The position numbers and the translations under genes were made by a program. This document shows positions 1 through 12,192 of a stretch of DNA of 64,000 nucleotides, one piece after another (position 1 is the first letter of the stretch; each line of letters opens with the position of its first letter). Below the pieces are notes generated by a model. The model did not search any database and was not told the origin of the DNA. It was given only the letters and a program-made list of their open reading frames with translations. The DNA comes from Tubiluchus corallicola (taxonomy: Eukaryota > Animalia > Priapulida): positions 62,001 to 126,000 of the forward strand of contig JAQGDQ010000063.1 in assembly GCA_030141605.1 (NCBI GenBank), read 5' to 3'.

Positions 1-182
1 TGTGTGTAAAAATAACAAACAAAAGTTAAGTTAACAATTTGTGTTCCTTAAACAAATTTGCACTTCTTCCAGCCCAATTTATTTAATGAAGTGTCACAGT
101 TTTTCTCTGGTTTAAAAGACCACTAAAAATTTACATGACTGAAAGTGATGATGTCTAAAACAATTATTACTGTAATTTTCAG

Positions 183-3100
183 ATTTAAGAATTTGGAAAC
201 ACAGAAAGAAGATGTAAAGGATGGGCCCCCACCAGTGCGTGCTATCACCCCACCACCAGAAGGTGCTCAACCAAAAGAAGTAAACAATTTATTTGATCTA
301 ATTTACTCATGTGTTGCCCGATTTTAGCTTTTGAATTCTAAAGCCGTATTATTTCCGTTTTTTTATTATTCATATGCCTGGTGTGCCACATGTTCTTATA
401 CAAGTTTAACCCTTCTGGGCATGAATAAATTGTGTACTAAGTTCACTTATGTGACAAATGAGATTCACATTGTTTTAGGACACTGCAGACGATGATGCTG
501 AAATAACTAGAGATCCCAATGTTGTTCGAAGTGATGTAAACTTGGATTGGGATGAAGGACTTCCAGATATTGACCATGCCAAAAAACTGAAGACTATGTT
601 TGAAAATAAAAAAGAAGAAAAACCAGTTGAAAAACCAAAGCACAAACCAAAACGATTTACAGTAAGTAGTAAACAGTAACAATATTTGCTGTTTGGGACT
701 AATTTGGAAAATACTGAACATAAGCACAAAATGCTGCTATGAATGTTAGGTTAATCAATTTTTTACATGGCTAACCAATAATCTTCAGTTTAAAGCTGAA
801 CATTCCAGAACATCAGGGCATCCAGTTTGATTTTTTGCAAGTTTAAATTTCTTTACTCCTAACTGAGTATAATTAATCGACATGTTAGAAGGTGCTGAAT
901 GCATTAACTTAGTCATGGGAAATGCGTGGGTGCATTGCCAAGGAATAAAGCAATTAATATGGTAATAGAGCAGTTTGTAATGGTATTAACAAGTATACAA
1001 AACCTTTAAAGAGAAATTTCTCAATACTGTATCATAATAATGCACTTTGCTCCAGAGTTGTACTAAAATATCATTGATCATTATCCTGTTTTATTGTCAT
1101 GTCTGGTGTTGATGCAGAGGTACAGCAAGGGAACTGTCACGTATTTTTGCTGTTGATACTGTTAAAATAGTTTTAATTAGCACCACTCATCACCGTTTAT
1201 ATTCTGTAAAAAAGGATGAAGATCGTGATGAAGACACCAGCTTAGATCTTTCAAGAGCAGATAGTTCACCTGAATCTGATTTTGAAAATAATGTAGATGA
1301 AGCTACGATAACCACAGTGAAAGTGACAGAACACTCAATTGATGTGCATCAAATACCTTCCAGTGATGAATTTGTGGATGGCAGTGATTATGAAATCAGT
1401 CATAAGCAGTTGTCCAGTATGCTAATGCCAGTGCCACAAAATAAGAACACCCAAGAGGAATTAAATTTAAATTATGATAACAATGTTAGGGAAGAGTCTA
1501 AAATTCAAGAGAAATTTGATACAGTACATATTGATGTTGAACGTGATGAATTCATTGTGCAAACTGATGCCAGAAAATTAGATTCCAAAGACAGCAATGA
1601 AGAGTTAGACATGCATCAACCATCATGTAAAACTGCAATAATTTTTGAAGATTATATTGCTGGAAATGAGACTGAATTTAAAGATGAAACAGTTAATTAT
1701 CAGAATAATTCGACGATTGTCCAAGATAAATTATTTGGAACAGAAATGATGGCAGTTACAAATCAGAAAGTTTTAAATATCTGTTTTGAATGTTACGAGT
1801 ACCCTAATGAGGTATTACTCAATGCTAGTGAATTTGACTCTGCTTTCGCTGACCATCAAGTCTTTACCACACATGAACAGGAAACCAATTTGAACTCTGA
1901 AGAGCAATGTATCAATGCAGATGTCATCTGTGAACACAAGTTGAAGACAAAGGTTGATCAGGAAGTGAGTGACGAATGTAACCATGTTCTGATAAATACA
2001 GCAGATACTTTTGAAGATGGAAATGTTAACAATTACTTTGGAAATGAATATTCAAAGCACTCCTTTACTAAATCAATCAATAATCAAGGCATGCAGTGGA
2101 ACACAGCTGATCGTCAGCAAGCTAGAGGTGATTCATCAGAATCTTGTTTAGAAGTAGTTCCTGTCTGTGAACATCTGGATGAAGTGACTGTGGATAAAGC
2201 TAATGTTAGTGAAGATAGCATGTTAAATATTCTATGCGAGCATGATGCAGATCCAGCTAGAGTTTGTGTGGATACAGCATTTTCATATCCAAGTCAAAAC
2301 GACACAAAAGAGATTTGCAGAGAGGAGCCACTGCCTTGTGTTTCACTAAACGATGGCGAAAGCCATGATGCGGTGACAATACCATGTGAACATTGTGAAC
2401 ATAATGGTACATGCGAACTCAGTCAAAATTCAATGGATATTAACCAAAATTTGGAAAATCCCAATGAACTGACGCCACAAACGACTCATATTCCTGCAGG
2501 ATCTGTTGGTGTCTGAGTTTGTAGCAGCAGTGGGTAAAGTTTCAATTACTTTTCCAACAGCACTGGTGTCGGCACACTTCAGCTCTTTATCACTGATCAA
2601 TCTTACCTTACTCTTTCTGTAGCAATGAAACACTTTGTTCTTATTTTTTAAGTTTGTTTATATTTAAGTTAAGACACTTACTCTACAAATTGCACATACT
2701 AACACCACTGTCTGTAATTATTTTGCTTTCTTAACAGCTCTGCAAAAAATTGGTTATCTTCAGTAATGATTTGCAGTTTCTTTCTTGGTTTGTCCTAAAC
2801 ATGCATTGGAACAGAAAATTTGTGCACTACATTCATCTTTTATGGTCACTGTGCTTTCCAGTTTGCATTTCATAAGGTTATCAGCTGTAATGCCTATAGT
2901 AAAACCTCTAGCAGGTGATGTTCCATGCCAGTTACTTGTCTTGTGATTGGCCTTGTCTGACAAACACTAACACAAAATAATTTTGCAGTTCATGATGGTG
3001 TGGCATGATGGTTTTCTCAATTATACATGAATAATGAGCCTAGCATAATCGGGTTTGTCAGTGATAAGTTTAAAAACTAATTTGCTCTACTTAGCAATTT

Positions 3101-5092
3101 GATTTATTGTTATGCAACTAAAAGGAGTCAGTAGCTTCATCTTAACAATCATTGCACTGAAATTATAGAGAATGGGTTTTTGGCGGCAGGAAAATTTGTC
3201 CATAATGCAACACATATCTCCTTGTGCTACACCTGCACAAGTATATTGATCCTTCACTCAATAAAAATGTCTTAAGAATAATTGTTCTCATTATTAGGAT
3301 TACACTGCTGGTCCAGCTGTTAAAGTAGAGGTGGAAAAATGTTGGGAATGTGAACAGAGGGTGTACCCCATGGAGAGGTTGGAGGTGGATAGGAAAATAT
3401 TCCACAAAAAATGCTTTCGTTGCTCTCACTGTCATGCTGCTTTGAGGTACCCGTATCCCTTATTGCTTCTTGTGCATGATGCTACAGCAGCCTCCAGTGA
3501 ATGTATGCATGCAGTGATGCAACTCAAATAGCACCAGTAGTAGTGACCTGCATGAACTTGTTGCCTCAAGGTTGCCTTTCTTCGAATCTGAAACTGGTAT
3601 AGAAGCACACGATCTATACTACTTTAACCAACAAAAAGATTCTTGAGTGCTGATACTAGATTAAAGGAATAGCTTAGATCTTAAATGGATCCTGTTTTGT
3701 CAAGCTCAGAAGCATGTGTTATACCTTCATTGTTTGTGCCATGGTGAAATTTGTAGGATAAGTTCCTTAATTCGTTTGAATGCACTCAAGCACATTTTAT
3801 AGACAGATGTATTCAATTCAAACATGCTTTCTGTTTTTTTGAAAGGATATTCCGTTTTTGATTAAATATAATCATTGATATAGACTCGGCCTCCATCTGA
3901 GAAATATATTCTATAGAGAAATTATATAGCTTGTACAGAGTAGCTCTATTCCTCAAAGTGAAATAAGCTTGGTTCCTCCACAAACTTTGCTTTTTGATGG
4001 TTATAACATTAACGCACGGTGTTTAGTTAGTTATATTTAGTTGTTATTTGTCGCCCTGGGTAGTCCTGTTTGGAATCCTGGCAACGTAATGGAGCTGAGC
4101 TGGTAAGATTAGTAAGATTTACGTGTTTTATAGATTTCCGACCACTTTGCCTTTCTGTTACTTCGTTTTCTTTTGGTTCTTCTCTTATAAATCGATGTAG
4201 TTACGTTATATTTATAATAATATTTCTCTAGTTTTTCCTTGCTTGTCTTGGTCTCCAAGTCAGTGTTTATTTTACATGTTATTCTGTATAATCTTGTGCG
4301 TAATGCATACTGTCCAAGTTTTTTTTATTAAAACTTTTTATTCTACTTGATAAGCACTCTTTTACTTGTTGTGATTGATATTCTATTCTGTTTTACTTTT
4401 TCTATCTTAGCTAGACATTTATAACAATGCATGTAAATCTTCTAATTCTACAAACCGTATTTATGGTATGGTAATACTTTGATTTCTTAGTTGAATTGTA
4501 ACAAATAGCAGAAAAAAATGTTCACCGTTTTTAATGAGTTATGGTATTTATGAAATTTCACGTTATGATATCTGCAGCTGAAAACATCATTTCCTTTGTT
4601 ATGGAAAAAACCAGCAACAGTATAGGTCTGGCTATACGTTTGTAAATTGCAACTGTTGTTGAACTTTCAATGTTAAAGTGAAACTTATGTAATTGAAAAG
4701 ATAATATTGTAACTTTGACAATAGTAATATAAATAACAGTGTTAGTATTCATATCAGTTATCTTATGCATAATGTATGACTGGTATACCATGACTTATAA
4801 CGTTTGTCATTCGTGAAACGTGATAGCAAGTCAGCTACATGGGCCAATTAACAACGTATAAACTTAATTTCTTACTGACGGGATTTTTGTAGCCCAACGT
4901 ATATTAGGAAAAGGTTGTGCAAGAGTAATTAATTACACGTCATTTGCATTAAAATAACATTATATGTAATTTTTCAGACTGGAAACGTATGCGAATCATG
5001 ATGGTGTTCCATATTGCTTTACGCACTTCAAAGAGCTGTTTGGTGGAAAAGCAACTATAGTTGATTCTGGTACACCTGTTCATGCACATTAA
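183..5092 (+). CDS. LIM-domain protein, EPLIN/LIMA1/XIRP-like, 3' part (5' end lies upstream of the window)
   Basis: Phase-compatible GT-AG exons 183-279 (FKNLETQKED...RAITPPPEGAQPKE), 479-661 (DTADDD...DPNVVRSD...AKKLKTMFENK...KRFT), 3298-3446 and 4978-5092 (TAA at 5090-5092). The last two exons join into a complete LIM domain: CWECEQRVYPMERLEVDRKIFHKKCFRCSHCHAALRLETYANHDGVPYCFTHFKELF. The VYPMERL...YC..HF..LF signature is typical of EPLIN/LIMD2/XIRP LIM domains. Confidence 0.85.
1215..2516 (+). CDS. Putative alternative (terminal) exon of the LIM gene, acidic low-complexity, ~433 codons
   Basis: Stop-free frame from AG|GAT at 1215 (phase 0, matching the donor after 661) to TGA at 2514-2516; includes provided ORF 1317..2516. 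D/E/N-rich with recurring CEH motifs. The acceptor is weak and there is no convincing donor before the stop. Confidence 0.55.
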   Translation, partial: DEDRDEDTSLDLSRADSSPESDFENNVDEATITTVKVTEHSIDVHQIPSSDEFVDGSDYEISHKQLSSMLMPVPQNKNTQEELNLNYDNNVREESKIQEKFDTVHIDVERDEFIVQTDARKLDSKDSNEELDMHQPSCKTAIIFEDYIAGNETEFKDETVNYQNNSTIVQDKLFGTEMMAVTNQKVLNICFECYEYPNEVLLNASEFDSAFADHQVFTTHEQETNLNSEEQCINADVICEHKLKTKVDQEVSDECNHVLINTADTFEDGNVNNYFGNEYSKHSFTKSINNQGMQWNTADRQQARGDSSESCLEVVPVCEHLDEVTVDKANVSEDSMLNILCEHDADPARVCVDTAFSYPSQNDTKEICREEPLPCVSLNDGESHDAVTIPCEHCEHNGTCELSQNSMDINQNLENPNELTPQTTHIPAGSVGV

Positions 5093-5576
5093 CCTTTTCA
5101 ACGTACATCCACATAGTTTCCCTCGTAATGAAGCTGTCATTTGTGTCAAATTATCTAAAAATGATAATTATTGTCTTAATGATACAATGTGTTATTGCAA
5201 TATACCATGTGAGTAAATGTTTTAATAATGATATAGCCAATTGTAATTAGTTTTGTATTTACTTGCGTGCCAGTTTAGCATATGAATGCATCAGTCAAAA
5301 GTTAACAGCAGCTTTCACTTCTATGTAGTGAAAAAATTATTTAATTACGAGTTTAATGTAATGGAAAAGTTAATATAATAGATAAGTAGTAAGCTCGGGA
5401 GTATTTGTTCTCACTAATTTTAGTTTTTTTAGTGCTCTTTAAAAGCGTAGTATGTCACGTCATTTCCGTCTAGTCTAAGTGGCATGAGTCATATGGCATG
5501 ACCGAACAAAATTGATGCGTAGTAGATATTTTTATATGGTATCAGCAAAACAATAATCATAGGTTTACCGGGCTTG

Positions 5577-5693
5577 TGGAAATTCTTCTATATGTAAAAA
5601 TTTAAATATGGGTTTTTTATTGGCATTACTATATGGAAATTCTTCTATATGTAAAAATTTAAATATGGGGTTTTTATTGGCATTACTATATGG
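5577..5693. repeat. Tandem duplication, 57 bp x2
   Basis: ggaaattcttctatatgtaaaaatttaaatatggg(t/g)tttttattggcattactatat occurs twice, head to tail, in the likely LIM 3' UTR. Confidence 0.9.
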
Positions 5694-6333
5694 CACTGGC
5701 TTTTGACAACAAAAATATTGTATAATTTTTGCATGTAAAATTATTTAATTAATGCAGGCAAATTATTGCTATGGTAAATTTTGTGTGCGTATTTATAATT
5801 GTTGTAATGAATTGTGTAAATACTAATCTAGACAGCTTTGTTATAATGTATGTTAAAACAATTGTATTTCGCTTGGTAAATTGTTCTGAAATCTCTGCAG
5901 TATTGACACTTTTAAAAGAATCAAAGTTCTTCCAATGCCATAAGCGATGTAACACTTTTAGGAGTGTCATCAGCATATCAGGTTGTAGTCATGGTGATCC
6001 TTGTACTTTATACAGAAGAGCATTTGTTAGTTAACACAGCGTTCTGGAATTAACACAGCTTATAGGTCACGTGTAATGCCACGTTTATTATTTAGTAAAT
6101 AAATTTTAAACATCTTTCGATTTTTCTCTTTTTCTCCAAGCGTTTTAATAAAATTACACCAACTTTCTATCCATTTAAAGTATATGCAATGACGAGTCTC
6201 AGTTGCACAGAGAGAAAGAGAGATGAGACGAAAACAATAGACCAGCAAGGGAATACATTCATCGGTCATTGTTAAATCGTTCGCAAACTGTGGTTATTCA
6301 TTTCATTCAATTTTTTTACAAGCCTGACAAGCT

Positions 6334-6678
6334 AGGGGCCATCCACATATAACGATATCAAGTTTAGGGTAGGTAGGTCGCAGGTGACGTGATACCATCT
6401 TTATAAAGCAAGGTAGGTAGGTAGGTGATATCTTTATCTGACTTCACGTTTTTTTCTGCTGAAACCTGCAGAATGGGTCGGTGAGAACAAGTTCAGTGAA
6501 GTTCTCCTTTCTTGGGAGGAGGAAGAATAAAATGTACGAAAAGCTACATCAGTGTGATATCGATAGCAATATAAGGGGTAAGTAGGTGGAGGGGCATATG
6601 ATAACACCATTATAATGCAATGTAGGTAGGTCCTCGAAATCAGCCAAAAACTTGATATCATTATATGTGGATAACCCT
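6334..6678. mobile_element. MITE with ~30-bp TIRs (possibly PIF/Harbinger-like)
   Basis: Left end aggggccatccacatataacgatatcaagttt; reverse complement of right end agggttatccacatataatgatatcaagttt. Internal (GGTA)n motifs and no credible ORF. The superfamily call is tentative. Confidence 0.8.
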
Positions 6679-7391
6679 TCACCCTTTTTGCAAAACACTT
6701 TGAAGCTAACTGTAAATGACTGCCACCTATCAACACTTACTCAAAACATAATGGAAGTTTAGACCTTGTTCCTTCTCTTTTCAGTAGATACGTTGGGACA
6801 ATATTTACCTTTGCTAAGAAATACTGTATCAGGTAGCGCGACTGCTGATACGCTATTTGAAAAACATTGAGTGAGAGCTTACATAGAAAACAGCCACATT
6901 GAGCCTACAGATTAAACCTCGCTACCTGTTAGGCTAAACAACTCATCTGTTTGACACGCATGGTAGTAATGACAGATTGTTTTTAAGCTTTTTTACGTTT
7001 CTTTGCATCGCTGTTTCTTGGGTAAATAATATGACTAAAGGGAATTGCTAAACCGTTTACTAAGGGCTTCTGTAGCGGCTAAACTAAATTCATTTCTGCG
7101 CGTTAATGCTTTACGATAGTTAACATGTTAAGATCTGCAAGGTAAGATGTTTGCAGATCTAACACGCCACAAGTACAATTATAAAAAATCCACTGAAATA
7201 ATTAGTAATAATATAAGATTATGTTAACCTTATTATAAAACACAAAAACTGTTTTTCAGTTTGAGCCATTAGCTAGAGCATGTCCCAGATCAATTGATAA
7301 AAAAAATGTAAAGAAAAACTAAAAATCACGTGCTGCTTTGGTTATTGACAACATAAATGAGTTTAATTAAGCATATCAAATGACGAATGAC

Positions 7392-10300
7392 TCATTTAAC
7401 TTTGGGAAATATATAACGAGCTAATACTGGATAGTGGTCAGAAAGGTCTCTGACTTGCTCGGCTTTCTCACAATAGTCTGCATTTGGCCAGGTGTAACCA
7501 GGTTTTGTGAGCGGAGCTTCAAGACAAACTTCCACTGGCTCCTGCGCATACAACGGGATAACTTCTTGTGTGACGTAATCAGGCAACTGATGATCTAATC
7601 TGTACAAAACATAGTCTAAATACTTCTTTTCCTTATCAGGTGGAAGCAGGTCATTATATGGTCCATGTGAATGATCCCATTCGCCAACATGTGGTGGTAA
7701 GCCCGCATTCAAAATTCGGACTATGTCGTGGACATGGTCAATTTCGCTATTCCAGTCCATGTTAAAGTCACCGCCCATTAGAATCGGTTCCTCGGCAGGA
7801 ATCCCCTGCTGTTTGATGAAGTCGGCAAATTCCCGGGATTGTTCCAGACGGACTTTTTGCCGCTCTGGTTCTTGAGCGAAGATGTAATGAGTGTTGAAGA
7901 CGTGGTATATCTTATTTTCCCCAAATGAAGATTTCTGTATTTTTGCATAAACAACACCTTTAGCCATGAAGCGATCAGGAGACCAAGGGTCAATAGCATG
8001 GAAGACAAACTGTTTTTCTGCCAAGATGGGATACTTCGATGCTATCATTATGCCTCCGTTTGTAACCTGAAACCAGATAATAATAATAAACGCCATAATG
8101 ATAAATACTAATGCATCTTTACTGTTTAAAAATAATGTACTTTACTGGTATCTTTACAGATTATAATGAGTAAATTAATTCTAAACCGTGCACATGCGGG
8201 AAAACAGGCAAAACAATACGATTATTTCCAGTCGACCTTTTTGAAGACTTTGCTTACCTGTAAATGATCAGTTGGCGGCCATTCTATGGGATCCCCAACA
8301 GTCTTTGTGAAATGTGTATAACCAGCCATGGGCAGCAGATCACGAAGCGAGATGCTGTCAGCAAAGCAACCGCCCACAAACACTTCTTGGAAAGCAATCA
8401 CGTCTACCTGATATAACAGAAAGCATGTTGGTCAAAGTCAACAGTAGTTGACCAACAGATTTATAGTGCTGAGAGATCTATTCTGTATAATGAAGCAAAG
8501 CTGGTGGAAACGTCTATGATCATTTAATGGAGCATTTAAGTAGGTATTTAAAGTTAGAAAACTTGGGGTGGCTAGTAAGAGAATGCACATTTTGTGTGGT
8601 AAGTAGACTATACTGTCATATCTGGTGCTGTGAAATTATGTGATGTAATTATAATGCAGTGTAAGGTATTGCGCATTGCACTATGATTAGTCAGTGTCAC
8701 GTGACATAACATGAGGTGTGATGTGTTATAATTTGTAGCATTATAGAGATATGGGAAATAATGTAAGGTAATGCAGCTCGATGATGAAGTCGGTGTTGGT
8801 TGAATTTTGATTGTGAATTTGGAGAAGAGGAGAAAAAAGCACATAACCAGACAGGGGTGAATGGGTGCGGCCATTCACACATTGATGAAAGTAAAGCTGT
8901 TCCATGATAAAGTTTGGAACAGTTGAATAATTGAGACACTTACTGGAAAGTAATCACATCCACCTGGTTTCTCGTTTGCACAGAAACGCTCAAATGGGTG
9001 AAAATGGGGTCCAGATGAACGGTTAATGCAATCTTATAGTTATAGTCAAAGTGTTCTGTTTTTTTCATTTTAAATCACTTTTTTACCTCGGGAAACTGCT
9101 CCGCCATGGCTTGCGGTATCCGACAAGTTCGTTCTCGTTGTCCACAAGTATCTATCCAGTAATTTAACTCAAAAATGTTGTAAGAGATAATATTAAAGAC
9201 ATGTGCAGGTGTCTGTGTAGAACCGTGATAGTACGGTTCCACTGAACAATGGTAGGAGTAGCCATCTTCTCCATCTTCTGTACTGCATTGTTCTCGAGAA
9301 ATTTCACCGAGAGCGAAATGGTGGCAAGCATCGGCATACGTTGTACATTCTGTGAAAAACTGCTAATTAGCTTAACGGTTTACGCACTTGCATTATTCCA
9401 GACACGCTTTTTTAATTATAATAATAATTCTTCCCTCTCTCTCTTCTTTCTCTCTCTCTTTCTCTTTGTTTCTCTCCCTCTCTCTGTCTCTCTCTCTCCG
9501 TCCATCCCTTCCCCCCTCTCTCTCCATTTCTCTTTTTCAATCTTCTTCTTTCTCCTGCCTTCTTCTAGCTATTGCTTTCCATGTTATGTTCGTTTTTCTC
9601 TCATCATTTCTCAGTACCTTTCTTCTATGCTCTCTACTGTTCTCTTCATTTTCTAGATTTTCGCTCCCCCTTTTCCACTTGTACCAGTTTTATCCTCTCT
9701 CCATCTCATCCTTTCTGAATTTCTCGTTTTCCCTTCTCCACTCCCCTTTTCCTCTCTCACCTTTTCCTGAATTAATGCAGACTTATTTCGCTTTGACAAA
9801 TACTGAACTATAATTTATTACGTACTAGTGCTAAAATATCACCTATTTCGGTCTCTAGTATTTTCGCTACCGGGTTTTCAAAAGTTTTTACGAAGAACCA
9901 AGCCAGTAAGAAATTGAAAACGCAAAACCTATAAAATCATACAAGGTTAATTATTAATAACATTTTTGAAGTTCCGGACTGATTAAACAGTTATAAACAA
10001 AATAAAGCCAATGTAGCGACAAATACCCATTCTAGTGTTTCCTAATAGATGGCAAACATTTCACTATCATGATAGGAATGTCTGCTGTAGTTGCCAGCAT
10101 ACATATACTAATGTTTTCATTATTGTTTGACTAACCCATTTACGTTGTTTGGTTTTGTCATGTAATGTTATTTTTTGCAAATCCGTTTAATTGATCCCAT
10201 ATTCTGTCACAACGAAATATGTGTTTGAAATATTTAAAACCAATAGCTAAAACAACAACAACAATCATAATTGGAACGTATAAAAACAATACTATGCTGG

Positions 10301-12192
10301 TTAAATTATTGATTCCTGACCAGTGGTCAACTATGAACATTGGACGGACTTTTCCGCCATTCTAAGGTGTGGTTTGCATGAACCAACTGTCTCAGAGAAT
10401 GATTGTTCAAATATGACGAAAGATGGACTCTCACTTTCTGCACAGATCGTCTATTTTTAAATCACACAAATCAATAAGGTGATTAATTGCTGGAATAATT
10501 AATTGATTAATTTACTGTAATGCCTTATTTATTATTCCCGTATGTTTGCTTTACTTGCTTTCGCGAATTACAAATTATTCATGATTAAATAAAAATGGTT
10601 TTCAATTTTAAAATTGATAAAATCTAATTGTTGTCACGGTGTATAAGTCTTCAGTTCACGCCCAGCTTTTTGTAATTATTTTTGTCTTTATATTTTGTTT
10701 AACCTTGTAGCCTTTCTCCTTCAAAAACTTTTTCTTTTTTTCTTTTACTTGAAATATAATTTAATTTTTTATTCATAATTTTCAGTTCTCATTGCATGTC
10801 GATCTGTAGATGGTTTATATTGTTTTGTGCTGGCTTGATTATCTACCTGACTTCATATGCATCGGAAGCTAAATGGCCTCTTTGTAAAGTTTATATAAGC
10901 TACGCGGTTGTATACGCGCGGTCTATATATTGACACAGCCAGTTAATAGTGCACATGTAGTTCTCCGCTTACAATGTATTTTGTTGTTTTTGTGAAACCT
11001 AATATGCGAAAATATAATGTTTTTTCTGTGCAGCAATTGTGATAAAATAGTGTATGCTTTATAGTTTGTCATTTGCATTTTCCCAAATTTTTTCATTTTT
11101 AGTATTAATAGTCTCTTTTACTAATTATATATGTAATTAATTACTTAATACTTAAGTGGCCTACCATAACTTCGCTTCTTAGGTGTACTGTGATTTTAGT
11201 TGAGTTATACTAATGGCATAACACAGTATTTTCAATGCAAATTATTATTACTCGTACTCAAAGGTAATACAAACAGGTGTGTTAAGACCTGGAGTTCGAA
11301 TCCTGCTTGAGTTAGGTTCTGTGATTTTATACGAGTGTTTTATATTATGTGATAACACCATTGTGTTGCTGTGCTGTGGAGTAAATTTTTGATAAGGTGT
11401 TGTTGTTAGATTATACTGAATAAATCTGATTTGATTTGATTGTTAATGTGAAGTGAAATCAAAAGTTAATTAAAGTTACATTGCTGTGAAAATAAAGGGC
11501 TTACAATTAAATTACATCTATTCTACTTTTGTTTTTATTCAGTGGAGAGTTTAAATTTGTTGAAACACAAAAATGATAAGTTATGCAAGTTAAATACACA
11601 GAGTGAAATATTACATTCTGCTAAGCATTATGCATAGTTTATTCTGAAATCTAAGAACAGTTTATATTTAGAACAGTTAAGATGTAGATTTTTTCTTTTT
11701 CTTTTTTTCCTAGATTAATTCGGACATTGACGTCGTCATCCTATCTTCAACACTTCGCAATAGCTCTCCCCTCTTTCTATATTTTGGGCCTTCAAAATTG
11801 CATTATTTAACAGCAAATCTGGATTTTTTTTCTTGGTATCAAGGTGAGTTCATCAGTCGAATTATTGACACGAGTCAATAACGTTAAGACTACGCATATT
11901 GTTAGCAACGGCAGGTGCTTATTTAAAATGGCGTCCATCAGTTTGATTACACATCAACGGTTTTCACAGGAAGACGTAGATCTATAATAACATGTGTGAC
12001 GGGTCCAAGCTGCACACTTTTATTATTGACATTAGTGTTTAGCCCGTGACAAAGCGCAAATACTCGGGTTTTTATCCGGATATGAGAAGTCGGCTGTTGC
12101 GCATGTACAGTTGAAAACATAGAAATAAAAAAAAACATGCCAGTCTGAACAACAAGGATGAAAATTAGATTGGTTAAAAAAGGAATTGCCAT
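7392..12192 (-). CDS. Secreted sphingomyelinase C-like phosphodiesterase (EEP/DNase I-like fold, bacterial SMase/beta-hemolysin type), ~379 aa
   Basis: Exons 12192-12141 (MAIPFLTNLIFILVVQT, signal-peptide-like, GC donor), 9349-9087 (...FNIISYNIFELNYWIDTCGQRERTCRI...), 8407-8258 (VDVIAFQEVF...) and 8066-7392 (NGGIMIASKYPI...KGVVYAKI...FNTH...GGDFN...YLDYV...SDHYPV). All junctions are in phase. EEP catalytic motifs YN, QE, TH, GDFN, LDY and SDH are present. The first exon is less certain than the other three. A probable 5' UTR exon ends at a donor near 12599. Confidence 0.88.
9430..9767. repeat. CT-rich polypyrimidine low-complexity tract
   Basis: Imperfect (CT)n/(TTC)n run in the SMase intron. 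It accounts for spurious ORFs 9249..9656 and 9388..9813. Confidence 0.85.
11195..11441 (+). mobile_element. Degenerate tRNA-derived SINE-like element
   Basis: Pol III B-box GTTCGAATCC at 11294-11303, a weak upstream A-box-like sequence, and a tail aataaatctgatttgatttgatt. No complete cloverleaf can be folded. Confidence 0.4.

Noticed and set aside
7392-8096. Bacterial contamination as the source of the SMase ORF
   Set aside because: The gene is split by in-phase spliceosomal introns and sits among animal genes and repeats.
9249-9813. ORFs 9249..9656 and 9388..9813 as membrane proteins
   Set aside because: They are translations of a CT-rich tract, antisense to the SMase exon and intron.
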